From Pseudomonadota bacterium (GTDB lineage: Bacteria; UBA10199; 2-02-FULL-44-16; JAAZCA01), in the NCBI GenBank assembly GCA_043822785.1, contig JBDRBN010000015.1, positions 1-22,938 of the forward strand: a stretch of DNA of 22,938 nt. Reading direction: 5' to 3'. How positions within the stretch are numbered: the stretch's first letter is position 1; each line of letters opens with the position of its first letter. A model generated the notes under the pieces. That model was not told the origin of the DNA and searched no databases. It saw only the letters and a program-made list of their open reading frames with translations. Below are positions 1 to 8,897 of the stretch, one piece after another. Position numbers and translations under genes: made by a program.

Positions 1-72
1 ATTGTTGCTAGATCTTAGTAAAGATTCTTCCCTTAACTGCTCTATTTCCACTTTATTGGTAGTGGTTACCAC
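1..72 (-). CDS. Possible 5' part of a gene running off the window edge
   Basis: GTG at 72 with AGGAG upstream on the minus strand. The frame is open to position 1 (MVTTTNKVEIEQLREESLLRSSNN). Too short to identify. Confidence 0.25.
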   Translation of the reverse strand, partial: MVTTTNKVEIEQLREESLLRSSNN

Positions 73-164
73 TCAACAGACTCTCCTAGAAAGCAATTTT
101 GTGCTTGCTGGCAGCTAAAAATCATTACGTCCTTAAAATTGCTCCGTCATGGTTTGCGACGCCT

Positions 165-200
165 ATAAAAGTAGGACCTTTGGAGATTCCAAAGGCCCTA
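165..200 (-). terminator. Intrinsic terminator downstream of OPT1, possibly bidirectional
   Basis: Hairpin TAGGACCTTTGGA-gat-TCCAAAGGCCCTA at 172-200, followed by CTTTTAT on the minus strand and TTTAT on the plus strand. Confidence 0.55.
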
Positions 201-204
201 TTTA

Positions 205-292
205 TGCCTAAATTGCTCCGTCTTATGCTCTCTTATGCTCTCTTTGCCTAAATTGCTCCGTCTTATGCTCTCTTTGCTCTCTTTGCTCTCTT
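205..292. repeat. 30-bp direct repeat with 40-bp period plus 9-10-bp TCTT(A)TGCTC units
   Basis: TGCCTAAATTGCTCCGTCTTATGCTCTCTT at 205-234 and 245-274, followed by short pyrimidine-rich units up to the OPT1 stop. Confidence 0.85.
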
Positions 293-293
293 C

Positions 294-2297
294 TTATGCC
301 CGTTTCTTCATCGGCAGCATGATTAAGCAGTAGGCCACCACGCCAAAGATGATGAGAGACAGCCAACCGCCAGCCTTGTCAAATATAGGCAACGTATCCA
401 CGCCAAAGAAGTACTGTGTAAGCGAAGGTATGCCCACAAGCACAAGTCCGGCAAGTATCACTCCGGTTATGGCCTCGCCAGCTATGAATCCTGACGCAAG
501 CAAGATGCCGGTGCTCTCTGATTCTTCCATACCGCGCCTTTTTGCCAATCCATCTGCTATCCACTTTATCACGCCGCCAACAAATATCGCGGATGTAGTC
601 TCAAACGGCAGATACATTCCAACCGCTATGAGCATGGGTGCAGGCGCTTTAATAAGGATTAGAGCTAGCGAAAAACACATGCCTGTGATGAGCAGCCCCC
701 AAGGCATATCGCCTGATATAATTCCTGTTGCCAGCTGGGCCATGAGGCTTGCCTGAGGAGCTGGCAGTTTTGCATCGCCAATGCCAAGGCCGCCTGCTGC
801 AATGTTTCCCTCATGCAGAATGAGGATGGGTATGACCAGAGTAAATGCCACAACAACAGTGCCGATAATCTCTGACAGCTGCATTTTCCACGGTGTGCCG
901 CCAACCAGCTGACCCACCTTAAGATCCTGAATCATATCTCCTGCAAGACAAGCTGCGCAGCACACAACCGCTGCTATGGCCAGAACAGAAGCAATGCCTG
1001 GCAGTCCAGTTAAGCCAAATGCAACCATAACGAGTGCTGCAATGATAAGAGTGGAAAGCGTGAGGCCCGAGACCGGCTGATTTGAATTTCCTACAATACC
1101 CACAAGCCAGCCGCCAACTGCTGCGAATAAAAACCCTGTGATCATCATCACAACAACCGAGACCAGCGCGCCCATGAGGTTATCTGTAAAATGATAGTAA
1201 ACAAATGCCATGGGAATCGCCAGCACCATCGATGCGATGAACACCCAGCGCAAGTTGAGATCTTTCTCTAACCTGCTTCTGCCAGCTTCGGCATGGTGAT
1301 GTTTTGCAAATATGCCGCGCACAGCAGATGCGAGCGAGCTGCGCAGACCCCATAGTGTATATATAGATCCTACAAGCATGGCGCCTACTGCCATAGGCCG
1401 AACCAGATTATACCATGCAGTGTATGCCATATCGCTGTATCCGATAGCAGCGCCGCCAGCAGTGAGCTGTTCATAGAACTGCGGGTTAAAGAACAGCGCC
1501 AAGGGAATGAACACAAGCCATGCAAGCACGCCGCCTGCAAAGTTTACGCACGCGTATTTTGGTCCGATGATGTAACCCACGCTCATGAGCGCAGGAGACG
1601 CAAGCGGGGTTTGATAAGCAATGCCGCCTGTATGTGCTATGTCTGCGAGCGGCTCTTTGCTCGGAGTAAAATGGTGAATGATCGAATGCGGAAAATGGAT
1701 GAAAAATTCTTTACATTCATTAAATATCTGTACTCCTCCAGAATTCTTGAGCATCTCTATGAGTACGCCCAGACCCATTGCGCCAAATACATATTTTGCA
1801 CCACTTGCGCCCTTTTGGCCGGATTTTACGATCTCATAGCACGCGTGGCCTTCAGGAAAGGGCAGCTGCGCATCCACCAAAAGCGTGCGCCTAAGCAGTA
1901 TTACAAAGAACACGCCCATGAGACCGCCGATCAGAGCAATGAGAGTCGATTCCCAGTAATTGAATGTGGTCCACAGCCTCTGGCCGCCCACATTTACCAT
2001 CACAAAGGCCGGCAGCGTAAAGATCGCTCCAGCCACGAGCGCTTCGCCCACTGATGCAGCTGAGCGAGAGATGTTCTGTTCGAGAACTGAACCTCGCAAG
2101 AATGGCAGGCGAAATGCGGCAATGGCAATCACTGCAGCAGGAAACGAGGCCGAAATCGTCATGCCTGCCTTAAGCCCCAAATAGGCATTGGCCGCCCCTA
2201 AAATTACTGCCATCACGATGCCCAAAAGAATGGCTTTGAGTGTGAACTCGGGCAGGTTGGTCTGTTCAGGAACATATGGTTTGAATTCAGTTGTCAT
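294..2297 (-). CDS. OPT family oligopeptide transporter (paralog 1)
   Basis: 667 aa, highly hydrophobic. Motifs EFTLKAILLG, ANAYLGLKAG, LPFPEG, QDLKVGQLVGGTPWK, LPAPQA and SGFIAGEA. AGGGGG RBS. Confidence 0.93.
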   Translation of the reverse strand: MTTEFKPYVPEQTNLPEFTLKAILLGIVMAVILGAANAYLGLKAGMTISASFPAAVIAIAAFRLPFLRGSVLEQNISRSAASVGEALVAGAIFTLPAFVMVNVGGQRLWTTFNYWESTLIALIGGLMGVFFVILLRRTLLVDAQLPFPEGHACYEIVKSGQKGASGAKYVFGAMGLGVLIEMLKNSGGVQIFNECKEFFIHFPHSIIHHFTPSKEPLADIAHTGGIAYQTPLASPALMSVGYIIGPKYACVNFAGGVLAWLVFIPLALFFNPQFYEQLTAGGAAIGYSDMAYTAWYNLVRPMAVGAMLVGSIYTLWGLRSSLASAVRGIFAKHHHAEAGRSRLEKDLNLRWVFIASMVLAIPMAFVYYHFTDNLMGALVSVVVMMITGFLFAAVGGWLVGIVGNSNQPVSGLTLSTLIIAALVMVAFGLTGLPGIASVLAIAAVVCCAACLAGDMIQDLKVGQLVGGTPWKMQLSEIIGTVVVAFTLVIPILILHEGNIAAGGLGIGDAKLPAPQASLMAQLATGIISGDMPWGLLITGMCFSLALILIKAPAPMLIAVGMYLPFETTSAIFVGGVIKWIADGLAKRRGMEESESTGILLASGFIAGEAITGVILAGLVLVGIPSLTQYFFGVDTLPIFDKAGGWLSLIIFGVVAYCLIMLPMKKRA

Positions 2298-2312
2298 GGT
2301 TTCCCCCTAGTT

Positions 2313-2425
2313 GCGGCTAACGGCTCGTTCGCTGCGCTTACTTACGGCTTACAACTAACAGCTATCGGTTTTTTTATAGCTGTTAGCCGTAAGCGAACAA
2401 AGTGAGCGAGCTGTTAGCTGTCAGC
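2313..2425. repeat. ~110-bp palindrome built from GCTAACR/GCTGTTA-type heptamers
   Basis: Stems at 2313-2327/2407-2421, 2341-2349/2385-2393 and 2355-2365/2376-2386. Confidence 0.75.
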
Positions 2426-2438
2426 TGATTTTATTCGC

Positions 2439-2467
2439 CTGCTACCTGAAACAGTCCATCGTGTCAA
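2439..2467 (-). promoter_or_regulatory. Possible sigma70 promoter for OPT1
   Basis: TTGACA-N17-TAGCAG on the minus strand: perfect -35, weak -10. Confidence 0.3.
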
Positions 2468-2546
2468 ACCCTCTGATCGCACTTGCCTTTTTGTGAGCGT
2501 GTGCTAGGAGTGCTCGCTTAATAACCTATCTTAATAAGGAGGGGAT

Positions 2547-2999
2547 ATGACGTGCGAAACTCATGTAAATGAAATCACCGCCCTCATCAAGAGCTACTTG
2601 GATGCTTACCAACATCGTGACATAGATGCTTTGGCAGCAGTGGTAGCAAACGATGACAAATTCGTGGCATTTGGCACGGACGAGAGCGAAGTTTGGCTAG
2701 GGTGGGAAGAGTTTAAGAGCGCATCTGAAAAGCTTTTTGGCGCTATGGACGAAATCCACTGGGATCGCGAAAAAACACAAAGAATCAACTTCTCCAGGGA
2801 TGGCAATACCGCATGGTTTGTTGAAGAGCTTACAGGCAACTTCCTAACTGGTGGCGAAAAGCACACATGTGATTTTCGATTTAGTTGCGTATGTGAAAAG
2901 AGGGATGGTTCATGGAAGATCGTCCAGTTCCATCGCTCAGTGCCAGCAGAAGAGCACGCTGTACCATACCTTGAAACCCACGGCGTCAGGTTTGACTGA
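2547..2999 (+). CDS. SnoaL-like / NTF2-fold protein
   Basis: 150 aa with the pattern YLDAY..DIDALAAVV ... GNTAWF ... EKRDGSWKIVQFHRS typical of SnoaL_3-like proteins. Strong RBS AAGGAGG. Confidence 0.85.
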   Translation: MTCETHVNEITALIKSYLDAYQHRDIDALAAVVANDDKFVAFGTDESEVWLGWEEFKSASEKLFGAMDEIHWDREKTQRINFSRDGNTAWFVEELTGNFLTGGEKHTCDFRFSCVCEKRDGSWKIVQFHRSVPAEEHAVPYLETHGVRFD

Positions 3000-3008
3000 T
3001 AACGATTC

Positions 3009-3092
3009 TCATTGCGAGCCCGCTACTAGCGGGCGAAGCAATCTCCTAAATCCATGGAGATCGCCACGCTCATTATCATTCGCTCGCGATGA
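3009..3092. repeat. REP-like palindromic element (TCATTGCGAG...GAAGCAATC...CTCGCGATGA), diverged copy
   Basis: Same architecture as the copies at 8753-8834, 17029-17112 and 22869 onward. Confidence 0.8.
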
Positions 3093-3115
3093 CACATAGA
3101 ACTTGGAGGCATCTC

Positions 3116-5137
3116 ATGCAGAAGCGCACATTTACTCCGTACGTTCCAGAAAAAACAGATCTGCGCGAGTTCACAATACGCGCCATATTATTAGGCTTGG
3201 TAATGACAGTGATACTTGGCGCAGCAAACGCCTATCTCGGCCTTCGCGCAGGCATGACTGTGGCTGCAACCTATCCTGCAGCAGTTGTTGGCATGGCATT
3301 CCTTAAGCTGGTTCGCGGCTCCATACTTGAAGAAAACATAGCCCGCACCATAGGCTCTGTTGGAGAGGCCATCGCAGCCGGAGCCTTGTTTACGATTCCT
3401 GCTTTTTTTCTTGTTAAGATTTGGCCCGAGTTTGGCACAACAAGACACTACCTCGAGGCAACAGGCATTATGCTCGTGGGCGGTGTTTTGGGCATCCTGT
3501 TTGTCACCATGCTCCGCCGCATCATGGTCGAAGATGCTGAGCTGCCATATCCTGAGTCAGTAGCAGCAGCAGAGATACACAAGGCAGGCCGCAGCGGCGG
3601 TACTGGTGCCAAATACTTGATTGGAGCACTCCTTCTCGGCGCAGGCATTCAGTTAGCCGGCGCCCTTAAGATCTTTGCAACCAGCTGGGAAAAGTTCGTT
3701 CACTTCGCAAAAACCGGCGTGGCGCTCTTCACCGGCAGGGGAGATCTAATCGCAAAGGTCACTTCAGGCGGCGGCACTTTGCTTGCCACTCCTGCTGTAT
3801 CCCCTGCATATATTGGCGTTGGCTACATTATAGGACCGCGCCTTGCAGCGTTAAACTTTTCAGGGGGTCTTTTGTCTTGGGGCTTATTTGTTCCACTTCT
3901 TCTCTTTTTTGTGGGGCCGTCTCTTGAGCCGCTCATCGTGGCTGATGGCAGCCAGGTTACATGGATCTCCATGGTTTATGCTACGTGGAAGTTTATGGTT
4001 AGGCCCATCGCAATCGGCGGCATGCTCGTGTCGGCTGTGTACACGCTCTACCGCATGCGCAAAAATTTGGCGCTTGGACTTGGGCGTTCTATCGGCGATC
4101 TCAGAAAGGCAGCAACAGCAGGCGAAGAAACAAGCCGTTTGGATAAAGACATCAACTTCCGCGTGGTAGCTCCAATCGTGCTAATCGTTGCAGTCGCCAT
4201 GGGCTTTCTCTACTACTACTTTTGTGGCGATAAGATTGCCGCGGTGGTTGCAGCCATAGTGATGCTAGTAGCCGGTTTCTTCTTTGCAGCAGTTTCAGGC
4301 TACCTGGTTGGCATGATCGGCTCATCAAATAACCCGGTTTCAGGTCTTACCATATCAACGCTCATCATCTCTGCGCTGCTCATGGTGATTTTGGGAGTAA
4401 CCGGAATTTCAGGCGTAGCTGCTGTGCTTGGAGTAGCAGCTGTGGTTTGCGTTTCATCCGCTGTAGCAGGTGACATGCTTCAAGACCTAAAGGTCGGACA
4501 GATATTAGGGGGTACGCCCTGGAAGATGGAACTCGGTGAGATGATAGGAGTTGTTGTTGCAGCGCTCGTAATGTTTTACCCGCTTCTCATATTGCATCAG
4601 GGCGACATCAACGCAGGCGGTATGGGCTTTGGTGGCAAAGCGTTGCCCGCTCCGCAAGCAGGCCTTATGGCCATGCTCGCACAAGGCATAGTGTCAGGCC
4701 AGATGGCGTGGCCGCTGGTCATAGTTGGCATGGTCATGGCGATCGCAATGATCTGCATACGCGTTCAGAGCCCTATGCTCGTATCAGTGGGCATGTATCT
4801 GCCGTTTGAAACCACATCGGCAATCTTCGTGGGCGGCATGATACGTGCGATTGCAGATCATTTTGCAAAACGCAAAAAATACAATGATGCGCAGAAGACT
4901 AGGATGGAAAACAGTGGTGTACTGCTCTCATCGGGCTTCATTGCAGGTGAGGCATTGATGGGCCTTGTAATCGCAGGGCTTGCATTTGAAAATATAACCC
5001 TGCCTTCCATCTTCGAGCATCCGTCATTCATAGGCGGTCTGATAATATTCGCATTGCTTGCATTTATACTCGTCAAGATTCCGCTCAATAACGCAGGGAG
5101 CCCGGATGAACCAGCACCGCCCTCAGCAATGGCATAA
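3116..5137 (+). CDS. OPT family oligopeptide transporter (paralog 2)
   Basis: OPT motifs EFTIRAILLG, ANAYLGLRAG, LPYPES, QDLKVGQILGGTPWK and LPAPQA. Start placed at ATG 3116 because of GGAGG at 3105-3109 and N-terminal alignment with paralog 1. Confidence 0.93.
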   Translation: MQKRTFTPYVPEKTDLREFTIRAILLGLVMTVILGAANAYLGLRAGMTVAATYPAAVVGMAFLKLVRGSILEENIARTIGSVGEAIAAGALFTIPAFFLVKIWPEFGTTRHYLEATGIMLVGGVLGILFVTMLRRIMVEDAELPYPESVAAAEIHKAGRSGGTGAKYLIGALLLGAGIQLAGALKIFATSWEKFVHFAKTGVALFTGRGDLIAKVTSGGGTLLATPAVSPAYIGVGYIIGPRLAALNFSGGLLSWGLFVPLLLFFVGPSLEPLIVADGSQVTWISMVYATWKFMVRPIAIGGMLVSAVYTLYRMRKNLALGLGRSIGDLRKAATAGEETSRLDKDINFRVVAPIVLIVAVAMGFLYYYFCGDKIAAVVAAIVMLVAGFFFAAVSGYLVGMIGSSNNPVSGLTISTLIISALLMVILGVTGISGVAAVLGVAAVVCVSSAVAGDMLQDLKVGQILGGTPWKMELGEMIGVVVAALVMFYPLLILHQGDINAGGMGFGGKALPAPQAGLMAMLAQGIVSGQMAWPLVIVGMVMAIAMICIRVQSPMLVSVGMYLPFETTSAIFVGGMIRAIADHFAKRKKYNDAQKTRMENSGVLLSSGFIAGEALMGLVIAGLAFENITLPSIFEHPSFIGGLIIFALLAFILVKIPLNNAGSPDEPAPPSAMA

Positions 5138-5456
5138 TGTCGTAGCCACTAGAACTATCGAATGGGAGGACGGCCCCGAAAATGGGGCCGTCCTGCTAGT
5201 TCCGCGCTTTCGCAAAGGCCCGCTAGCAAAATGGCTTCAGCCAAAGCTTAGGCGTCCGCATATTCGCGTCAAGCTCGACGATATAGGAAGCTTTGCATGG
5301 CGCCGCATGGATGGATCCACGCCTTTTTATAAAATCGTGGATGCCATGAAAAAAGAATTCGCAGAAAAGGTGGAACCAGCAGAGGATAGACTTAAGAAGT
5401 TCATGACCATCCTCTACAAAGATAAATTCATCAAGCTTTACGCACCTACGGGTTAG
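5106..5456 (+). CDS. PqqD/RRE-like small protein
   Basis: ATG 5106 after GGGAG, overlapping the OPT2 3' end. The motif VKLDDIGSFAWRRMDGSTPFYKIVDAMKKEF...DRLKKFM..L resembles the PqqD winged helix. Confidence 0.72.
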   Translation: MNQHRPQQWHNVVATRTIEWEDGPENGAVLLVPRFRKGPLAKWLQPKLRRPHIRVKLDDIGSFAWRRMDGSTPFYKIVDAMKKEFAEKVEPAEDRLKKFMTILYKDKFIKLYAPTG

Positions 5457-5492
5457 CGTTTTGCAGAAAACAAAGTCAAAAGGAGATATGCC

Positions 5493-5897
5493 ATGAAGAG
5501 CATAGTCTATCTTTTAACAGTCATAAGTCTAATCTTGGGAATTTCTATTGTAGCGCTGGCTGCTGAGGAAGTTGAGAGCACAGAAAAGACAGTAATAAAT
5601 TTGGAAGATTTCCCACTTCCAGAGTCTAAAGCTAATAATATTTTTACTGGGGAAAAGGTGTGCATTTCAGTTGACTGCGGAGGCAAGATCGAACCGGTTT
5701 CAATATGCTTTCACATGACTCATGAGGAGCTTAATGATTTTAATAAGTTGGTAAGTGATTTGTGTGCACCGTATATACCGCCTTGGCTATTAAACATTAT
5801 AAACCCTGGAGGGCCGGTATCACATCCTGCAACTAAATTTATACATGAAAAAGCTATTCAGAAAAAGACTGCCCCTAAATCAATTATAAAGCGATGA
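5493..5897 (+). CDS. Hypothetical exported protein
   Basis: AAGGAG RBS, signal peptide ending ALA-AEE, four Cys, AT-rich. The stop overlaps the miaB start (ATGA). Confidence 0.7.
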   Translation: MKSIVYLLTVISLILGISIVALAAEEVESTEKTVINLEDFPLPESKANNIFTGEKVCISVDCGGKIEPVSICFHMTHEELNDFNKLVSDLCAPYIPPWLLNIINPGGPVSHPATKFIHEKAIQKKTAPKSIIKR

Positions 5898-7258
5898 GGG
5901 CCAAGACGGAAACACAGAATATTAATGATTTTGCCAAGAGCGTCTATATCAAGACCTTTGGTTGCCAGATGAATGAGCACGATACCGGAAAGATGCTCCT
6001 GGTGCTTGAAGGCATTGGTTACTCCTATATAGATGATATGGAGAATGCCGATCTGGTGCTCTTCAATACCTGCAGCATTCGTGAGAAGGCTCATCACAAG
6101 GCCATAAGCGAAATTGGAAGGGCAAGCCAGATAAAGAGAAAACGCCCGCAAATGCTTCTTGGAATATGCGGCTGCGTTGCACAGCAAGAAGGAAAGAGTC
6201 TGCTCAGACGTTATCCAGAGATAAATATACTCTTTGGTCCTGACCAGATTGCGCAACTGCCAAATCTCATCACAAAGGCAATAGCCGGCAATAATGCTTG
6301 CGCGCTTGATCTTGTGAACGATGCACGTTCATATCGCTTTATCGAAGATGTGCCGGTACAAAATGCCACTCCTTCCAGCACATTTGTCCTGGCAATGAAG
6401 GGATGCAACTGTACATGCAGCTATTGCATTGTGCCGTCTGTTCGAGGGCGCGAGATATCAAGGCCCGCAGATGATATTGTAAAAGAAGTTTCACGCCTTG
6501 CCGAGGGTGGTGCCAAGGAAATTACGCTTCTTGGACAAAACGTTAGCGCATACCGAGATGCAAGCGGGAAGAGGGGCGCAGGTCTTGCATCTCTCATTAG
6601 AAAAATTTCTCAGGAAACTGATATAGAGCGAATAAGATTTACATCACCTCATCCGCAATACATTTCAGATGATCTCATAGAAGAATTTGCGCAAAATAAA
6701 AAGCTGTGCCCTCATATTCACCTTCCTGTTCAAGCAGGATCAAATGAGGTGTTAAAAAGGATGCGGCGCGGATATACTCGCGAGCTATATATAGACAAGG
6801 CGACTAGATTAAGAAAAGCCAAGCAGGGCATGTCGATCACCACAGATCTCATCGTAGGCTTCTGCGGCGAGACAGAGCGCGATTTTGATCTCACTTTGGA
6901 TATCATGCAAAGCGTGGGTTTTGATTCTGCATTTGCATTTATGTATTCGCCAAGACCAGGCACAGAGGCAGCTGATAAAATGGTCGACGATATTTCAGCA
7001 CAAGATAAGCAGCAAAGGCTTGAGAAGTTGCTAGCGCTTCAGCGCAAGATGACTCGCGGTCGTAATGAGGCCCTCGTTGGAAGCGAAGGTGATGTCTTGA
7101 CAGCAGGTCTGGATCGTATGCAAAGAGGCCTCCTTACAGGCAGGCGGGCTGACAATCGCATCGTACATTTTCCTGGCAATTCCAATATGATTGGGGATAT
7201 AGTGCGCGTCCGCGTAACAGGCGCGCATGATAACTCTCTTTCAGGGGAGGCTATTTAA
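5894..7258 (+). CDS. miaB: tRNA-i6A37 methylthiotransferase
   Basis: KTFGCQMNEHD, NTCSIREKA, GCVAQQEG, radical SAM CNCTCSYC, YSPRPGT and a C-terminal TRAM domain. Confidence 0.95.
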   Translation: MRAKTETQNINDFAKSVYIKTFGCQMNEHDTGKMLLVLEGIGYSYIDDMENADLVLFNTCSIREKAHHKAISEIGRASQIKRKRPQMLLGICGCVAQQEGKSLLRRYPEINILFGPDQIAQLPNLITKAIAGNNACALDLVNDARSYRFIEDVPVQNATPSSTFVLAMKGCNCTCSYCIVPSVRGREISRPADDIVKEVSRLAEGGAKEITLLGQNVSAYRDASGKRGAGLASLIRKISQETDIERIRFTSPHPQYISDDLIEEFAQNKKLCPHIHLPVQAGSNEVLKRMRRGYTRELYIDKATRLRKAKQGMSITTDLIVGFCGETERDFDLTLDIMQSVGFDSAFAFMYSPRPGTEAADKMVDDISAQDKQQRLEKLLALQRKMTRGRNEALVGSEGDVLTAGLDRMQRGLLTGRRADNRIVHFPGNSNMIGDIVRVRVTGAHDNSLSGEAI

Positions 7259-7788
7259 TGAGTGAAATGAAAGACAAGGGAGCTGCAGAGGAGTTTCTTG
7301 AGATGAAGGTGACAGGTCTCACCATAGACCCGTTTACGAGCATGCCCATAATAATTCTCAAAGACCTGGATGAGAAGTGCGCGCTCCCTATATGGATAGG
7401 CCTTATCGAGGCATCGGCCATAGCCACAGAGCTAGAGAACATCGAGCTTACAAGGCCAATGACGCACGATCTGCTAAAGAATATACTTGAAGCCATGGAC
7501 GTGAAAGTCAAAAGGGTAGAAGTGAACGACCTCGCAGATAATACTTTTTATGCACGCCTTATGCTTACGCGTAAAGATAAGGTTATCATAATGGATTCAA
7601 GACCATCTGATGCAATAGCCGTTGCTCTCAGATCAAAAGCTCCAATATTTGTTGCGCGCAGTGTAATAGAGAAGTCACGCAAGATAGACCTTGCAAAGGA
7701 AAGCACTACCGACGAGGCACGTAGGCAAAAGTGGGTCGAGATTTTAGAAAACCTTTCGCCAGAGGATTTTGGCAAATACAAGATGTAG
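7258..7788 (+). CDS. Bifunctional nuclease family protein (DUF151)
   Basis: LPIWIGLIEA, RPMTHDLL and DSRPSDAIAVALR motifs. TAATG coupling to miaB. Confidence 0.92.
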   Translation: MSEMKDKGAAEEFLEMKVTGLTIDPFTSMPIIILKDLDEKCALPIWIGLIEASAIATELENIELTRPMTHDLLKNILEAMDVKVKRVEVNDLADNTFYARLMLTRKDKVIIMDSRPSDAIAVALRSKAPIFVARSVIEKSRKIDLAKESTTDEARRQKWVEILENLSPEDFGKYKM

Positions 7789-7790
7789 CT

Positions 7791-7821
7791 AGTGACCAGT
7801 AATCAGTGATCAGTGACCAGT
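7791..7821. repeat. CAGTRAY heptamer tandem repeat
   Basis: AGTGAC CAGTAAT CAGTGAT CAGTGAC CAGT immediately after the stop codon. Confidence 0.7.
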
Positions 7822-7877
7822 TAAAGCATCTAGACACCTCCCGTTTTGCGGAGGCATTTTAATATCTAGGCTCTCAA

Positions 7878-8285
7878 ATGAACCAACGAATTAACAAATA
7901 CCTTTTATGGATCATAACTGCAGCCTATGCGCTGCTGATATTTTACCTCTCCATTACACCTCAGAGCGGACTATTCACGTTCTCATACATGGATAAGTTG
8001 CTCCATTTTGTAGCGTATGCAGGGCTGGGTTTTCTTTGTGCGTGGGCTTTGAGATTTTCCATAACTGCAAGTTGGCGTAGCATCATATTTGTAGCAGTAT
8101 GCATTGCAACGCTATACGGCATATTCAACGAGATCGTACAGATGTACATACCAACAAGGAGTACAGAATTTCTTGATGCACTGGCAAATGCTGCGGGTGC
8201 TTTAGTTGGAGCTCTTTTCGCCATGTATATATCAAGAAGGATAAGAAATGTTAGTCTCCATCAACGACAAAAAGCCTGCCATTGA
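7878..8285 (+). CDS. VanZ-like membrane protein
   Basis: DKLLHFVAY, NEIVQMYIPTR and DALAN motifs with four hydrophobic segments. Confidence 0.88.
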   Translation: MNQRINKYLLWIITAAYALLIFYLSITPQSGLFTFSYMDKLLHFVAYAGLGFLCAWALRFSITASWRSIIFVAVCIATLYGIFNEIVQMYIPTRSTEFLDALANAAGALVGALFAMYISRRIRNVSLHQRQKACH

Positions 8286-8769
8286 CCCTTCATCTTTTAT
8301 TTCTGAAAATGCATCTGTTATCGGCGATGTGAGCATAGGAAAAAGATCGAGCATATGGTTCGGTGCGGTGGTGCGCGGTGATGTTGAAAAAATACGCATT
8401 GGTGAGCGAACGAACATACAGGATCTGTGTGTGCTGCATGTAGAGTCAACACACGGGCTTGCTATCGGAAACGAAGTTACTGTTGGCCACAGAGCAATAC
8501 TGCACGGCTGCTGTATTGGCAACCGTGTGCTGGTGGGCATGGGTGCTATTATAATGAATGGCGCAAACATAGGCGATGATTGCATCATAGGTGCAGGCGC
8601 GCTCATCACCGAAAAAATGCAAATTCCGCCGCGTTCCCTTGTGTTGGGAATGCCAGGAAAGCTAAAGAGGACGCTCACTGAAGAGGAGATCGCAGCGATA
8701 ACGCTATCTGCAGGTCGCTACACAAAGCTGGCAGCAGAGTATAATAATTTGTGTCATTGCGAGGAGTGA
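8248..8769 (+). CDS. Gamma carbonic anhydrase family protein (YrdA/PaaY-like)
   Basis: VIGDVSIG, VRGD, TNIQDLCVLH, TVGHRAILHGC: hexapeptide repeats with three His ligands. Confidence 0.92.
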   Translation: MLVSINDKKPAIDPSSFISENASVIGDVSIGKRSSIWFGAVVRGDVEKIRIGERTNIQDLCVLHVESTHGLAIGNEVTVGHRAILHGCCIGNRVLVGMGAIIMNGANIGDDCIIGAGALITEKMQIPPRSLVLGMPGKLKRTLTEEEIAAITLSAGRYTKLAAEYNNLCHCEE

Positions 8770-8872
8770 AGCGACGAAGCAATCTCCAGCAAACACAGAT
8801 CTTAAGGGGATTGCTTCGCTTCGCTCGCAATGACATCTCGCTAAATCAAGCACTTCTAACGCGACAGTAGTG
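8753..8872. mobile_element. Truncated, diverged MITE copy (REP-like core plus one terminal inverted repeat)
   Basis: GTCATTGCGAG...CTCGCAATGAC at 8753-8834. Terminal repeat TCTAACGCGACAGTAGTG at 8855-8872 matches the MITE ends at 16991 and 22804. Confidence 0.75.
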
Positions 8873-8897
8873 GAAATTTGAAATTGGATTATTAATC

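Noticed and set aside
205..292. 30-bp direct repeats as a CRISPR array
   Set aside because: Only two copies separated by 10 bp of repeat-like sequence, with no unique spacers and no cas genes
3089..3115. Upstream ATG for OPT2
   Set aside because: It lies inside the REP-like repeat; ATG 3116 has a GGAGG RBS and aligns with the paralog N-terminus
5106..7258. PqqD plus radical SAM as a RiPP cluster
   Set aside because: The radical SAM enzyme is a canonical MiaB (UPF0004 + TRAM, no SPASM domain), and no precursor peptide is apparent
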